Shown: positions 29,218-39,943, counted from the first letter of the stretch. The stretch: DNA of 64,000 nt from Candidatus Eiseniibacteriota bacterium (GCA_965224245.1 OZ245046.1:2496001-2560000), one strand, 5' to 3'. Numbers and translations are program-made. The notes: generated by a model from the letters alone, not told the origin.

Positions 29218-29329
29218 TCTCACTCCGAACGGACTCAAGTCCATGGCGAACTTCGTGTTGCCGCTCTCATCAGGACGCGGCATTATGCCAAAGTCGACCC
29301 GACGCAATCAACGACTCCGCGAGGTTCCG

Positions 29330-30157
29330 ATGCGCGTGGCCTGCCTCCAGACTCTCCCGATCTTCGGCGACGCAGAGGCGAACCTGAACGCGATCGAATC
29401 CGCGCTGGCAACGCACCGGCCGGCCGGGAACGCGGATGCGCCATCCGAACCGGATCTCGTTGTCTTACCGGAACTTGCAACGACAGGCTATCTGTTCGGC
29501 GGCCGTGACGAGGTGCGGACGCTGGCGGAGCCGGTCCCCGAGGGACCGTCCACGGCACGCCTGGCCGGCCTTGCCGCCCGGTACGGTGTCGCACTGGCCG
29601 CCGGGATCGCCGAGCGGGAGGGCGATCGGCTGTACAACAGCGCCATCCTGGTCACCCGCGACGGACTGGCCGGACACTACCGCAAGGTTCACCTCTTCGA
29701 TCGCGAGTTCGAGTGGTTCGATCCGGGCGACCTGGGCTTCGGCGTGTTCGACCTCGGCGACGTGCGCGTGGGGCTGATGGTGTGCTTCGACTGGTTCTAC
29801 CCCGAGTCGATGCGATCGCTGGCGCTCGGGGGCGCGGACGTGGTCGCCCATCCCGCCAATCTGGTGCTTCCATGGTGTCAGGAGTCGATGCCGGTTCGTT
29901 GCCTCGAGAACCACGTGTTCGCGGTCACGGCCAATCGCGTCGGGACCGAGACGCGCGCCGGCGGCTCGCTCACGTTCACCGGCGGCAGCCAGATCACGGG
30001 GCTCCGGGGCGAGGTGCTGGGGCGCGCCTCGACCACCTCGGCGGACTGGATCGAGGCCGACATCGTCCCCCAGCGAGCACGTGACCGGCGCATGCGGACG
30101 ATGACCGACGTGCTGTCGCTCCGGCGCCCCGACCAGTACGTGAGCGAGCGCGCGTGA
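29330..30157 (+). CDS. Carbon-nitrogen hydrolase (nitrilase superfamily)
   Basis: Glu-Lys-Cys triad motifs VLPEL, YRKVHLF and VCFDW. Confidence 0.93.
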   Translation: MRVACLQTLPIFGDAEANLNAIESALATHRPAGNADAPSEPDLVVLPELATTGYLFGGRDEVRTLAEPVPEGPSTARLAGLAARYGVALAAGIAEREGDRLYNSAILVTRDGLAGHYRKVHLFDREFEWFDPGDLGFGVFDLGDVRVGLMVCFDWFYPESMRSLALGGADVVAHPANLVLPWCQESMPVRCLENHVFAVTANRVGTETRAGGSLTFTGGSQITGLRGEVLGRASTTSADWIEADIVPQRARDRRMRTMTDVLSLRRPDQYVSERA

Positions 30158-30996
30158 GGTCGGGGTCGCACGCGGCCGCGAGAACGCGCCTCCGATGCTC
30201 CCCGGCCGTCGGGATCGGGCTGGGCGCGCTCGCGCTGTGCCTGACCGGGTGTACGGTCTCCCCACCGCCGGCCGACGACGCGCTGTCCCCGTATCCCGGC
30301 GGGATGAGCCGGCGCCAGTTCGGTGCGTACGCGCAGCTCGACCGTGTCATCCTGGACGACGGCGACTCGCGCTGGATCGTGACGCCGCGATCGGTCCTGG
30401 AGCTGAGCGCCGGACATCTGCGCTACGAGTTCGGCCCCGACGAGGGCATTCTCGGCTCGATTCAATCCGCGGCCCAGGACGGCGCCCGGATCTGGGTCGG
30501 CACCGAGCGCGCCATCCAGGTAATCGACAAGGATCTGCACTTCGTGCGCACCGTCGTGGACGAGGCCGGCCTCGAGTGCCGCTTCCTGGCCTCGCTGGAC
30601 CGGGTGCCGCGCTTCGACGACGACGTTCGCATCACCCCCGGTCGCGCGGTCGCGCTGACGGCCTACGGCGCGGGCGTCCTGGACGGCGCCACGCTGGCCT
30701 ACGCGAACTACCCCTTCGACGGGCTGGACCTGCGGCGCGTCACCGACGTGGTTCTCTTCGAGGACGCGATGTGGGTGGCCACGCGACAGGGCCTTCTCCG
30801 CTTCTCGCTGTCGTTCAACTCCTGGGACGACAGCTTCGCGAACAAGGCGCTGCACCGCGCCGCGGTCGTGCGGCTGGAGATCGTGCCCGAGGTCCAGGGG
30901 AACACCGTCGTCGGGTACTCGCTGTACGCACTGACGCCGAGGGGCGCGTTCGTGTACGAGTCCGCGTTCGATCGGTGGAACCGCGTCGGGCTCTAG
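30154..30996 (+). CDS. Hypothetical lipoprotein, probably beta-propeller-like
   Basis: GTGA overlap with the upstream stop, LTGC lipobox, IWVGT and MWVATRQGL blades. Confidence 0.7.
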   Translation: MRSGSHAAARTRLRCSPAVGIGLGALALCLTGCTVSPPPADDALSPYPGGMSRRQFGAYAQLDRVILDDGDSRWIVTPRSVLELSAGHLRYEFGPDEGILGSIQSAAQDGARIWVGTERAIQVIDKDLHFVRTVVDEAGLECRFLASLDRVPRFDDDVRITPGRAVALTAYGAGVLDGATLAYANYPFDGLDLRRVTDVVLFEDAMWVATRQGLLRFSLSFNSWDDSFANKALHRAAVVRLEIVPEVQGNTVVGYSLYALTPRGAFVYESAFDRWNRVGL

Positions 30997-31100
30997 CCCG
31001 GTGGGTCACCGACGGTCGCGGCGGCGGCGACGGCGCGGCCGGAGATGCACCGTGTGGGCAAGGACACCCACGTTGGTGGGCGATCGCGTGCGGGGGGCAC

Positions 31101-31133
31101 GAGAAACGCCCCGGGGCGCGGGCCCCGGGGCGT
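31101..31133 (-). terminator. Intrinsic terminator after pilQ
   Basis: Stem acgccccgggg/ccccggggcgt followed by a short T-rich run on the minus strand. Confidence 0.65.
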
Positions 31134-31159
31134 CGAGATCTCGTGACCGGCGTGCGCGT

Positions 31160-33442
31160 CTACTCGACGATGCGCGGCGTCACGAAGATGATCAGCTCCC
31201 GCTTCGACTCCGTCGTCGAGGTCGACCGGAAGACGCCACCCACGATGGGCAGGCTGCCCAGCACGGGCACGCGGCGCTCGGTCTCGGTCTCGTTCTGGCG
31301 GATCATGCCACCGATCGCGACCGTCTCGCCGTCGCGCACCATCACCCGCGTGTCCGCCTCGGACGTGTTGATGATGATCCCCGACGCATCGGAGGCCTGG
31401 CTCGCCAGGTCGGACACCTGCGGATGCAGATCGAGCGTGATCGACGATCCCTGGTTGATGTACGGCGTGACGCGCAGCTCGATCCCGATCTTCTTCAGCT
31501 CGGTGATCGCGTTGCCGGCCTCGTCCTGCACCACCAGCGGGATCTCCTGACCCACCAGGATGCGAGCCTCGCGGTTGTTGACCGTCGAGATGCGCGGGTT
31601 CGAGATGATGTTGGCCTTGTTGGTCTGCTCGAGCGCCTGGAGCGTCAGGTTCAGGTCCACCCAGTCCTGGATGACCCCGAAGTTGATCGTGCCGACGCTG
31701 CGCGCGATGCCCGCGTCGACCGACGCGTTCGCGCTGGCCGACAGGGACGTCGAGTGCAGGTTCTCCGCACCCCACTGGATCCCCAGCTCGCGAGCGGCGC
31801 CCGCATCCATGTCGACGAGCTCGGCCACGATCTCGACCTGCGGCGTCCGGCTGTCCAGCTTTCGCACGAGACCGTCCACGGCCGGGAGCACGCTCGGGAT
31901 GTCGGTCACGATGATCGTGTTCGTGCGCTCATCGACCTCGAGCTTGCCGCGCGGGCTGAGCATCCCGGTCACCGACGCCACCAGCTCGGACGCGGTGGCG
32001 AACTCCACCGGCACCAGCTGCGTGGCCAGCGGGACGAGCCCGTCCTTCTTGCGGTACGCGGACTCGCGCTCGATCTCCTCGGCGCGCAGCACGTCGGCCT
32101 TCGCCACCCGGATCACGCCGAGCTCCTCGACGTAGTCGAGACCCTGCGTCCGGAGGATGATCTGAAGCGCGCGGCGCCACGGGACGTCGTTGAGACGCAG
32201 CGTCACCGTGCCCTGCACACCGGCGTTGGCCACGATGTCGTGACCCGACGTCTCGGCGATCGACCGCAGCACCGTGTGAATCTCGGCGCCCTGGAGATCG
32301 ATCGAGATCCTCGGATCGGCCTCCATGTCGACCGGCACCTGCGGCTGCGCATCGGCCGGGGCGTCGGTGGTCAGGAACGTATGCGACTTCGCCGGCGTGT
32401 GGCGGCGCGTCGGCTCGGCGCCGTCGTCGGACGGCGACGCGACCATCATCTCGGCCATGTCGGCCGGATCGTCGGAGAGCTCGCTCATCGGCTCCGGACT
32501 CGCCGGCTCCCCCTGACGGGACGAGCTGGCGTAGACCACCTCATCCTCCCACTCGGGCTCGGCGGTGCCGCTCGCCGGCGGCGTGTCCGTCATCGCCACC
32601 GGACCGGTGGGGAGCATGCCGTCGTCCGAGACGGAATCCGGCTCGCCCCACATCGACCAGTCCGACGACGCGTCGTCGCTGGACGGCGTGCTCTCCGGCT
32701 CGTCGTCGGCGGACGGCGTGCTCTCCGGCTCGTCACCGGTGGACGGCGTGCTCGCGAGCTCGTCGTCGGCCGCCGGCGCGTCGCTGCCGGCCTCCGCCTC
32801 GGCCTCGTCGGAGACGACCGGCTCGGGGTCCGCGACGTCGGTACCGACCGACGGCGAGGCCGTGCTCTGGGCCGCGTCGACGGGCACGAACGCCAGCTCG
32901 GACCCGACCACGGCGTCACCGACGACCTCGGCCTCGGCGTCCATCGTGCCGGCCTCGTCGGTCGCGGAGTCGCCCGCCTGCATCTCGTCGGAGGGCGCCG
33001 ACGCGTGATCCTCGGCCGCATCGATCCCGGCATCGGGATCGGTGACCGACAGCATCAGCACGTCGCCTTCCTGGTCCATCCACGCGTCCGACCCGACCTC
33101 GTACTTCAGCACCATGCGCGTGAGCCGCTCGCCGTCGGCGAACCACGGCTCGAGGTCGACCGACTTCAACGTGCCCTCGCCCGAGTAGACCCGGCGAGGC
33201 AGTCGGATCGACGTGCCCGTGAACGTGACGGTCATCTCGCCGCTGTCCTCGTCCACGGCGTGCTCGACGTCGCTTCCGGGCGGAGCGTCCAGGGTCACGA
33301 TCGCCTCACCGAACTGCTCCTGCACCTCGATGCCTTCGAAATCGAAGGAGTCCGCAATCGCGAGACCCGTGACACCCAGTCCCAACGGCGTCAGCGCGCA
33401 CACCGCGAGAACCCTGAGTGCGGCCTTACCTGATCTTGCCAT
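31160..33442 (-). CDS. pilQ: Type IV pilus secretin PilQ
   Basis: ISIDLQGAEI, VTLRLNDVPW, VDERTNTIIV, LGSLPIVGGVF and ELIIFVTPRIV motifs; last gene of pilMNOPQ. Confidence 0.93.
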   Translation of the reverse strand: MARSGKAALRVLAVCALTPLGLGVTGLAIADSFDFEGIEVQEQFGEAIVTLDAPPGSDVEHAVDEDSGEMTVTFTGTSIRLPRRVYSGEGTLKSVDLEPWFADGERLTRMVLKYEVGSDAWMDQEGDVLMLSVTDPDAGIDAAEDHASAPSDEMQAGDSATDEAGTMDAEAEVVGDAVVGSELAFVPVDAAQSTASPSVGTDVADPEPVVSDEAEAEAGSDAPAADDELASTPSTGDEPESTPSADDEPESTPSSDDASSDWSMWGEPDSVSDDGMLPTGPVAMTDTPPASGTAEPEWEDEVVYASSSRQGEPASPEPMSELSDDPADMAEMMVASPSDDGAEPTRRHTPAKSHTFLTTDAPADAQPQVPVDMEADPRISIDLQGAEIHTVLRSIAETSGHDIVANAGVQGTVTLRLNDVPWRRALQIILRTQGLDYVEELGVIRVAKADVLRAEEIERESAYRKKDGLVPLATQLVPVEFATASELVASVTGMLSPRGKLEVDERTNTIIVTDIPSVLPAVDGLVRKLDSRTPQVEIVAELVDMDAGAARELGIQWGAENLHSTSLSASANASVDAGIARSVGTINFGVIQDWVDLNLTLQALEQTNKANIISNPRISTVNNREARILVGQEIPLVVQDEAGNAITELKKIGIELRVTPYINQGSSITLDLHPQVSDLASQASDASGIIINTSEADTRVMVRDGETVAIGGMIRQNETETERRVPVLGSLPIVGGVFRSTSTTESKRELIIFVTPRIVE

Positions 33443-34055
33443 TCGGAGATCCCCCTTGCTCCTTCGACTTCAGAGTCAAGGTCAGTGTTTCTGTCATACC
33501 GAAAACGGAGTGTCTGATCTTCATGAAGTCCGGCCCCACGGCGATCACACGACCGTGCAGCACCGGATCCCCCTTACGCATCACGTACCCGAAGCCACGC
33601 GCGTCCTCGACGAGGGCGCGATGCTCGTTGTCCTTGCGGAGGATGCCCACGAGCTGCATCATCTGCGGATCGATCTGGTCGCCGAAGAAGCGATTGTCCG
33701 AGAGTGACCCCGCCACGAGGTTCTCGAACGGATCCTTGCGACCGAGGCTCCGATACGTGTACTCGCGCCGCTGGAAGACGTCCTCCTGCGCGACGGCGGG
33801 GACGATCGGCGACGTGTCCGCGGGGGGCGAGACGCCGCTACGTCGCTCCGTCCCGGCGTCGGCGTCCGTGGCCGACTTCCTGGCGGTGTCGGTCGCCTGA
33901 CGCGACGCCACCCGCTCGGCGCCCCGCGACGCGTGCGCGTCGTCGGGTGCGTCCGTGGACTGCATCATCATCACCGACATGGCGGCGAGAGCGACCACAC
34001 CGATGCCGCCCAGCACCATCATGCGCTTACCGCTCAACATGGACGACATGCTCAC
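33426..34055 (-). CDS. pilP: PilP-position pilus assembly protein
   Basis: Lies between pilO and pilQ. GRKDPF and LVGIL...ALVED...GYVMRKGD motifs. Confidence 0.72.
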   Translation of the reverse strand: MSMSSMLSGKRMMVLGGIGVVALAAMSVMMMQSTDAPDDAHASRGAERVASRQATDTARKSATDADAGTERRSGVSPPADTSPIVPAVAQEDVFQRREYTYRSLGRKDPFENLVAGSLSDNRFFGDQIDPQMMQLVGILRKDNEHRALVEDARGFGYVMRKGDPVLHGRVIAVGPDFMKIRHSVFGMTETLTLTLKSKEQGGSPNGKIR

Positions 34056-34726
34056 CCCTCGATCTTTCCGGACTTACCGGCGGGACGCTTGGCCGCGGCG
34101 CTGCCGTGGAGCCCGCCCCTGGGCTCCGCGCCGCGCGAGCTTCCGGCCGCGGCGCGCACGTGATCTCCGGTCACCGAGTACGCGACCGCCGTACAGGACG
34201 CACGGACGCGCTCGTCCTCGTCGCCACCGCGTAGCGACTCGAGCTTGGGCATGCGGACGGTCACGAGGCGCGTCAGCCGCGCGAGCTCTCCGTAGAACGC
34301 TCCCACCTCGTGGTAGCCGCCGACCACACTCACCTGGATCGGGTTCTCGGCGTAGTACTCGAAGTTCTGCGAGTCGCCCGGCTCGAAGCCGACGAAGTCG
34401 ACCCCGGCCGAGTGACCGGCCACCGTGATGGCCCGGAGAAGCCCGGCCATGTCCGTCTGCGTCGGGAGGAGCTCGTTCGCGATCTCCCACTTCCGCTGGG
34501 TCTCTTGATGAAGGGCCTCGACCCGCTCCAGGTCGGCCGCGAGCCGACGGGCCTGGTTGATCTCCGAGGACAGCTTGCCGTACTCGACCTTCATCACGTC
34601 GATCTCGGCGGCCTTGGCCTTGTAGCCGAAGGGCAGCGACGGAAGGAAGAAGTAGACGTAGTGGAGCCCCAGCACGACGAGGCCGAGCATGATGTACTTC
34701 TGGATCTTGGGGTCACGGACGTTCAC
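34052..34726 (-). CDS. pilO: Type IV pilus assembly protein PilO
   Basis: N-terminal TM, coiled coil, LLP and YYAENPIQVSVVGGYHEVGAF..LARLTRLV motifs. Confidence 0.9.
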   Translation of the reverse strand: MNVRDPKIQKYIMLGLVVLGLHYVYFFLPSLPFGYKAKAAEIDVMKVEYGKLSSEINQARRLAADLERVEALHQETQRKWEIANELLPTQTDMAGLLRAITVAGHSAGVDFVGFEPGDSQNFEYYAENPIQVSVVGGYHEVGAFYGELARLTRLVTVRMPKLESLRGGDEDERVRASCTAVAYSVTGDHVRAAAGSSRGAEPRGGLHGSAAAKRPAGKSGKIEG

Positions 34727-35306
34727 GATCCGGCTCCTTCTTGTCCGGGCTGTACGTCAGCCGCACCTCGACCTCGAAGCGAAGCACCTCGCGACCATCC
34801 ATGACCTCTTCTTCGATGATGACCAGCACGACGTCGTCGAACAATCCGAGCTTGTCGAGCCGCACCATCAGGTCGGCGACGGCGAGGTTGGTGAACGTGT
34901 ACCCCTCGAGGATCATCGTCCGGGGACGGCGCTCGTCTTCTTCGATCCGCTCCAGCCACATGTGCTGGGGAAGGACCTGACTGATCTCGTCCAGAACCTG
35001 CACGACGTACGTCGACGCCTCGTCGAGCTGCGCGACCACGTCGATGCGATGGTTCAGCTCCTGGGTCTGACGATTCAGGCGATGGATACGATCGATCTGA
35101 GGCTTGAGCCGGATCGACTCCTGTCGGGCCTCGGTGACGACCGCGCTCAGCGCCGCGTGCTCTCTGCTCTGGGCGATCATGGCGACGCCGATGGGCGCCG
35201 CCACGAGGAGGAACAGCCCCATCGGAACGAGCACCCGTGCGCCGGGGAGCTTCAGGCTCCTGGATGCGGGACGGTCCTCGGGAGGAAGCAGGTTGATCCG
35301 AATCAT
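34713..35306 (-). CDS. pilN: Type IV pilus assembly protein PilN
   Basis: MIRINLLP motif, TM segment, LP..MWL. Confidence 0.92.
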   Translation of the reverse strand: MIRINLLPPEDRPASRSLKLPGARVLVPMGLFLLVAAPIGVAMIAQSREHAALSAVVTEARQESIRLKPQIDRIHRLNRQTQELNHRIDVVAQLDEASTYVVQVLDEISQVLPQHMWLERIEEDERRPRTMILEGYTFTNLAVADLMVRLDKLGLFDDVVLVIIEEEVMDGREVLRFEVEVRLTYSPDKKEPDRERP

Positions 35307-36346
35307 GCCGCGATCGCCTCCCGCAATGCCAGACCGATGCTCACCGCGAGCTCGCGCGAATGAGACTCGGCCAGGCCTTGGTCGTCATCGGGTAGTACCA
35401 TCCTGCGCACCGGATCGCCGCCCTCCACGGGCACGCTGAGCTTCCCGGCCAGCGCATCGAGCAACCCGATGATCTGACTTCCGCCTCCGGTGAGGATGAC
35501 CCGATCGATTTCCTCGGCATCACCGGATGTCTTCAGGAACAAGCTCGCGCGATCGACCGCGACCTTCAGGTCGTCGGCGAACGAGTCCACCAGGTTGGTG
35601 AGATCCATGCCGCCCGACTCTCCGCCCGTCGCGAGCGAGTCGGTCGCCTGGTCGCGCGAGACCTCGTACGTCTTGCGGATCGATTCGAGAAGGGTGTGGG
35701 TACCCGTCGCGAGATCCTGGGTGTAGAACGGTGCACCGGCCTGGATGACGTGGATGTTCGTGATCTCGCCCCCCACGTTCACTAGCGCGATCGCCTCCTC
35801 CGGATCCAGCTCGTGCGACCACTCGATCGCGTTCTGCATCGCGAAGGCATCCACGTCGATCGCGATCGGGGTCAGGCCGGCCTCGCGGACGATCTCGGAT
35901 CGACCCACGACCACGTCCTGCTTCGCCGCCACCAGGAGGACCTGCATCTCCTTCGGCTCGGTGTCGACCTCCAGGAGGTGGTAATCGAGCATGACGTCCG
36001 CGATGTCGTACGGGACGTGCTGCTCGGCCTCCCAGCGTATGGCCTCGTCGGCCTCCTCTTCGGACATCCGGGCCATCGTCACGCGTTTCACGATGACGCC
36101 ACGACCCGACACCGAGGTCACGACCCGGCGATTGCGGATGTCGCACTCTTCCATCAGGTTCTGAATCGTCTCGACGACGTGGTGATGATCCATCACCTCG
36201 CCGTCGACGATGGCGTCAGGGAGCAGATCCGCTCGTCCCCACTTGACGAGCTCGACCTGATCCCCGCGTGCGAGGACTTCCACGACCTTGATGGAGCTCG
36301 ACCCGATGTCCAGTCCGACGGCCGTGCGAGGTTTTTTGAAGCGCAT
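35303..36346 (-). CDS. pilM: Type IV pilus assembly protein PilM
   Basis: VGLDIGSSSIKVVE, WEAEQHVPY, VLLVAAK, ILTGGGS and IGLALR motifs. Confidence 0.95.
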   Translation of the reverse strand: MRFKKPRTAVGLDIGSSSIKVVEVLARGDQVELVKWGRADLLPDAIVDGEVMDHHHVVETIQNLMEECDIRNRRVVTSVSGRGVIVKRVTMARMSEEEADEAIRWEAEQHVPYDIADVMLDYHLLEVDTEPKEMQVLLVAAKQDVVVGRSEIVREAGLTPIAIDVDAFAMQNAIEWSHELDPEEAIALVNVGGEITNIHVIQAGAPFYTQDLATGTHTLLESIRKTYEVSRDQATDSLATGGESGGMDLTNLVDSFADDLKVAVDRASLFLKTSGDAEEIDRVILTGGGSQIIGLLDALAGKLSVPVEGGDPVRRMVLPDDDQGLAESHSRELAVSIGLALREAIAA

Positions 36347-36517
36347 CGCGCGAGTCTCCCTGAAGCGAGAAAGGCCTCTCGGGGTGGAGGGATAGTTGTC
36401 GCCCTGTTTCTGTTTTCGCGTGGTCGGCCCAGGACTTCGAGCAAAAGTTGGAACGAGCCGTCGCGGGCAGGCCAATCGGCCGAGGTCAGCCGACCGGCGG
36501 GCCGATCGAACACTCGT

Positions 36518-37309
36518 TCACGCGGTGGGAAAGAGGCTCGTGTACCAGTGGAAGAACGCGGGCGCACAGAACAGGGCCAGCACGGCGGCCGGGGCCAGGA
36601 ACGTTCCGAACGGCAGGGCGGTCTTTCCCCCCGCGCGCCCCCCGACCATCATCGCCCCGCCAACGAGCGAACCCACGAGCGAGGCCACGAACAACGTGAA
36701 CACGACCCCCCCGGGCCCCAGGAACGCACCGATCATGGCCGCGAGCTTGATGTCTCCCCCACCCATGCCCTCGACGCCCGTCATCTTGAGATACGCTGCG
36801 CCGAGCCCCCAGAGGATGCCGCCGCCGAGGAGCGCACCGAGGAACGCCTCAAGCAACGACACCGGCAGAAAGAAGCTCCCGGCCAGGCCCACCACGAGGC
36901 CGCCCAGCGAGAGCGGATCGGGGATGATCCGGAAGTCGAAGTCGATCCACGCGACCGCGATCAGCGATGCGGTGAAGAACAGGAGGAACGGCAGCGCCAG
37001 ATCGAACGCGAAGCTCGCGGTGACCACGGCGAACAGCACCGCCGTCACGAGCTCGACCACCGGGTAGCGCGGCGGAATGCGGGTGCGACACCCGGCACAA
37101 CGCCCTCGCAGCGCCAGGTACGACAGGACCGGCACGTTCTCCCAGGGCCGGATCCGCCGCGCGCAGCTCGGGCACCGCGATGCGGGATGCACGATCGACA
37201 GGTCGCGCGGCACGCGGTAGATCACCACGTTGAGAAAGCTGCCGACGATCGCACCGAACACCGCGGCGATCGTGATGCGGATCGTGGGATCCCCCAGAGC
37301 CTCGATCAT
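36518..37309 (-). CDS. pilD: Prepilin peptidase
   Basis: GSFLNVVIYRVP, two CxxC, GMGGGDIKL and PFGTFL motifs. Confidence 0.95.
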   Translation of the reverse strand: MIEALGDPTIRITIAAVFGAIVGSFLNVVIYRVPRDLSIVHPASRCPSCARRIRPWENVPVLSYLALRGRCAGCRTRIPPRYPVVELVTAVLFAVVTASFAFDLALPFLLFFTASLIAVAWIDFDFRIIPDPLSLGGLVVGLAGSFFLPVSLLEAFLGALLGGGILWGLGAAYLKMTGVEGMGGGDIKLAAMIGAFLGPGGVVFTLFVASLVGSLVGGAMMVGGRAGGKTALPFGTFLAPAAVLALFCAPAFFHWYTSLFPTA

Positions 37310-37959
37310 CGTTCGCTCCCCCGTTCCAGCTCGTCCACGAGTCGTCGAGCCATCTCCCGGAGTCCGGGCTCCTCGGCGGTCTCGGCGATCTCGCGCCACA
37401 ACCGTAGCGCCTCGGTACGCGAGCCACCACGTCGTTGCGCATCGGCCGCGAACCGCTTCACGTACGACGGGACACCGGCGTGCCCGGCTGCCCGCGTCAG
37501 GAACTCGGCTGCGCGCGGGTCGTCCTTGTCCCGCACGTAGATCAGAAAGCCGGCCTCGAACGGCAGCTCCCACCGATCCGGTCGTTCGGCCATGCCCCGC
37601 TCCAGGAGCTCCACCGCCAGATCGAGGCGGCCCATGTCCTCGGCCATCACGAGGGCGCCGAAGACGTACGGCGTCACGAACCGGGGATCCAGCTCGGTGA
37701 CCATGTCGAACAGGTGGGGCGCGAACGGGTACCGGCGATCGTCGCGACGATGTCGTCCGTAGTACTGAATCGACTGGAGAAACGCCAGGTCCGCCGCCAC
37801 TGCGTCGAACCCCACGCTGGTCAGCTCGACGAACTTCCCCGACGGGAAGTAGCGGAGCTCCGCCGCGTCCACCGGCTGGCGCGTGCCGGCGCGCTCGTCG
37901 ATGAGGCCGGCGGCGCCCAGCGCGATCGCGGCCACGCCCACCCAGAGCGCGCCCGTCAC
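37306..37959 (-). CDS. Pilus-cluster TPR-like membrane-anchored protein
   Basis: GTGA/ATGA overlaps on both sides. ADLAFLQSIQYYG, TELDPRF and LLERG..PDRW motifs. Confidence 0.75.
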   Translation of the reverse strand: MTGALWVGVAAIALGAAGLIDERAGTRQPVDAAELRYFPSGKFVELTSVGFDAVAADLAFLQSIQYYGRHRRDDRRYPFAPHLFDMVTELDPRFVTPYVFGALVMAEDMGRLDLAVELLERGMAERPDRWELPFEAGFLIYVRDKDDPRAAEFLTRAAGHAGVPSYVKRFAADAQRRGGSRTEALRLWREIAETAEEPGLREMARRLVDELERGSER

Positions 37960-38720
37960 GCCAGCTCCTTGCGACGGAACGTCGCCACCGCCAGCGCCAG
38001 CATCGCCCCCGCGTACACGAGCCCGTAGGCGATCGAGAGCGTGAGGTCCGAGGGAGGAAGGCTCACCCCGTGCACGGCCTCCAGTCGCATGTCGAACCGC
38101 GCCAGATCGGGAATCACCCAGCGGAGCGCCGAGAGGAGCGCCTGCGAGAAGGGCGTCATCGCCTCGGCCGAGAGCGCGAAGAGATCGCGCATCGTGTGTC
38201 CGGCCACGAAGACGCCCACGGCATAGAGCATCGCGGGGATCGCGGTGGCCACCGTGCAGAGAAACGTCACCACCGAGGCCAGCACCAGGAGCTCCACGGC
38301 GGCCAGAAGCACGGCCTGTCCCATCGCCACGTCCGGTGTGAGCCCGCGCACGGCGAACACGATCGCCACGATCGCGAGCGTGATCCCCAGCACGATCCAC
38401 GCGGTGGCGGTGAGCGCCGCGAACTTGCCGATCACGTAGCCGGCGCGACCGATCGGCCGGGACAGGATCACGTGCACGGTGCGCCGCTCGATCTCTCGCG
38501 CGACCAGGTGGACGCCGCCGGTGAACAGCATGATCGCGCCGACCAGCACCGACAGCGCCAGGGCGAAGTCACGCGCGATCCTGTCCCCGGTGCCCAGCGA
38601 CAGGGGGCCGATCACGAACGTGAGCGCCATTGCAATGCCCGCGAAGAGAGCGGCCACCACGAACAGCCGTGTCCGGAACGCCTCGCGCACGAACGGCGCG
38701 ACGAGAGCGAGCGCCGTCAT
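37956..38720 (-). CDS. ABC transporter permease (PilI-like)
   Basis: Several TM helices and EIERRTVHVILSRPI.R..YVIGKF motif. Confidence 0.85.
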   Translation of the reverse strand: MTALALVAPFVREAFRTRLFVVAALFAGIAMALTFVIGPLSLGTGDRIARDFALALSVLVGAIMLFTGGVHLVAREIERRTVHVILSRPIGRAGYVIGKFAALTATAWIVLGITLAIVAIVFAVRGLTPDVAMGQAVLLAAVELLVLASVVTFLCTVATAIPAMLYAVGVFVAGHTMRDLFALSAEAMTPFSQALLSALRWVIPDLARFDMRLEAVHGVSLPPSDLTLSIAYGLVYAGAMLALAVATFRRKELA

Positions 38721-39796
38721 CGGGGACCTCCCGAGACGTGACGCGAGTCGACGCCGAGAGGCTCGGGCGCGACCGCCGAGGTCTGGGGCGAAGGGGCCGC
38801 CCCCGGATCCGACGTGGCGAGCCGATCCAGCACGAAGCGCTCGAACCCGTCGCCGCGGTCGTCCACCGTGACGAGCTCGAAGCCGGCCGCGATGGCGGCG
38901 CCCACCACGCGATTGATGTCGCCGGCGGAGACGGTCGCCGAGAGGCAGCCGCCGCCGGCGTCCTGCCAGCGGGCACCGGGCGGCAGGGCCGCCCCCACCG
39001 CGGCCGTCGCGGATGCTGGCGCCGCGATCGTCACCCGGCGCGCGGCCGACGCGGCGCGGCGCACGTCCTCGACCCCGTACACCCCGACGAGCCGTCCCGA
39101 TGCCACGAGCGCGATGCGATCGCAGAGACGCTCGACGTCGGCGAGGATGTGCGAGCACAGAAACACCGAAGCTCCGTCGTCGCGACGCTCGGCGACGAGC
39201 TCCCGCACGACCCGACGCGCGGCCGGATCGAGCCCGCTCATCGGCTCGTCGAGAATCAGGATCGGTGGCCGGCCGAGGAACGCGTGGGCCAGACCGACGA
39301 GCTGCACCTGTCCCTTGCTCAGCTTGCGCATGGGGCGCGAGCGGAGGCTCGAGATCCCCAGCCGGTCCACGAGGTCGCCGATCTCGCGCCGTCGTTCGAG
39401 GTCGCCGAGCCCGGCCAGCCGGGACGAGAGGGTCAGGAACTCGTCCGGCGTCCACGTCCCGTCGATCGCCGGGTTCTCGGGCAGGTATCCGATCGATGCC
39501 CGTGCGCGCACCGATCCCGGCGCCGCGCCGGCGACCCGGGCGGTGCCCGCGCTCGCACGGACGAGGCCGATCAGCATCTTGATCGTGGTGGACTTGCCGG
39601 CCCCGTTGTGGCCGAGAAAGCCGAACACCTCTCCGCGGTGCACGGTCAGGTCGATCCCGGTGACCGCGTCCACGCGGGCGCGCCGCAGCGTGCGGCGATA
39701 GGTCTTCGAGAGCCCGCGAACCGCGATCGGGGCGTCCTCCGGCAGCGGCGCCGGTCCGTGGGGCGCGTGCGCGTGCGAGTCCTGGGGGAGCTTCAC
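38717..39796 (-). CDS. ABC transporter ATP-binding protein (PilH-like)
   Basis: GHNGAGKSTT, LSKGQ, LDEPMSGLDP and SHILADVE motifs. Confidence 0.9.
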   Translation of the reverse strand: MKLPQDSHAHAPHGPAPLPEDAPIAVRGLSKTYRRTLRRARVDAVTGIDLTVHRGEVFGFLGHNGAGKSTTIKMLIGLVRASAGTARVAGAAPGSVRARASIGYLPENPAIDGTWTPDEFLTLSSRLAGLGDLERRREIGDLVDRLGISSLRSRPMRKLSKGQVQLVGLAHAFLGRPPILILDEPMSGLDPAARRVVRELVAERRDDGASVFLCSHILADVERLCDRIALVASGRLVGVYGVEDVRRAASAARRVTIAAPASATAAVGAALPPGARWQDAGGGCLSATVSAGDINRVVGAAIAAGFELVTVDDRGDGFERFVLDRLATSDPGAAPSPQTSAVAPEPLGVDSRHVSGGPR

Positions 39797-39943
39797 CTCG
39801 AGTCCTGTGCGTGAGGGCCGTCGCGCGCTCTCGCCGGCCCCATCCAGCCGACGGCGTCGTCGGAGAGAACATCGGCCGGGGGGGCGTCTTGGTTTAGCCC
39901 GGCCTGGGGCGCCATCGGCCGGTCGGTGGCCGGGCTGGGGGGC

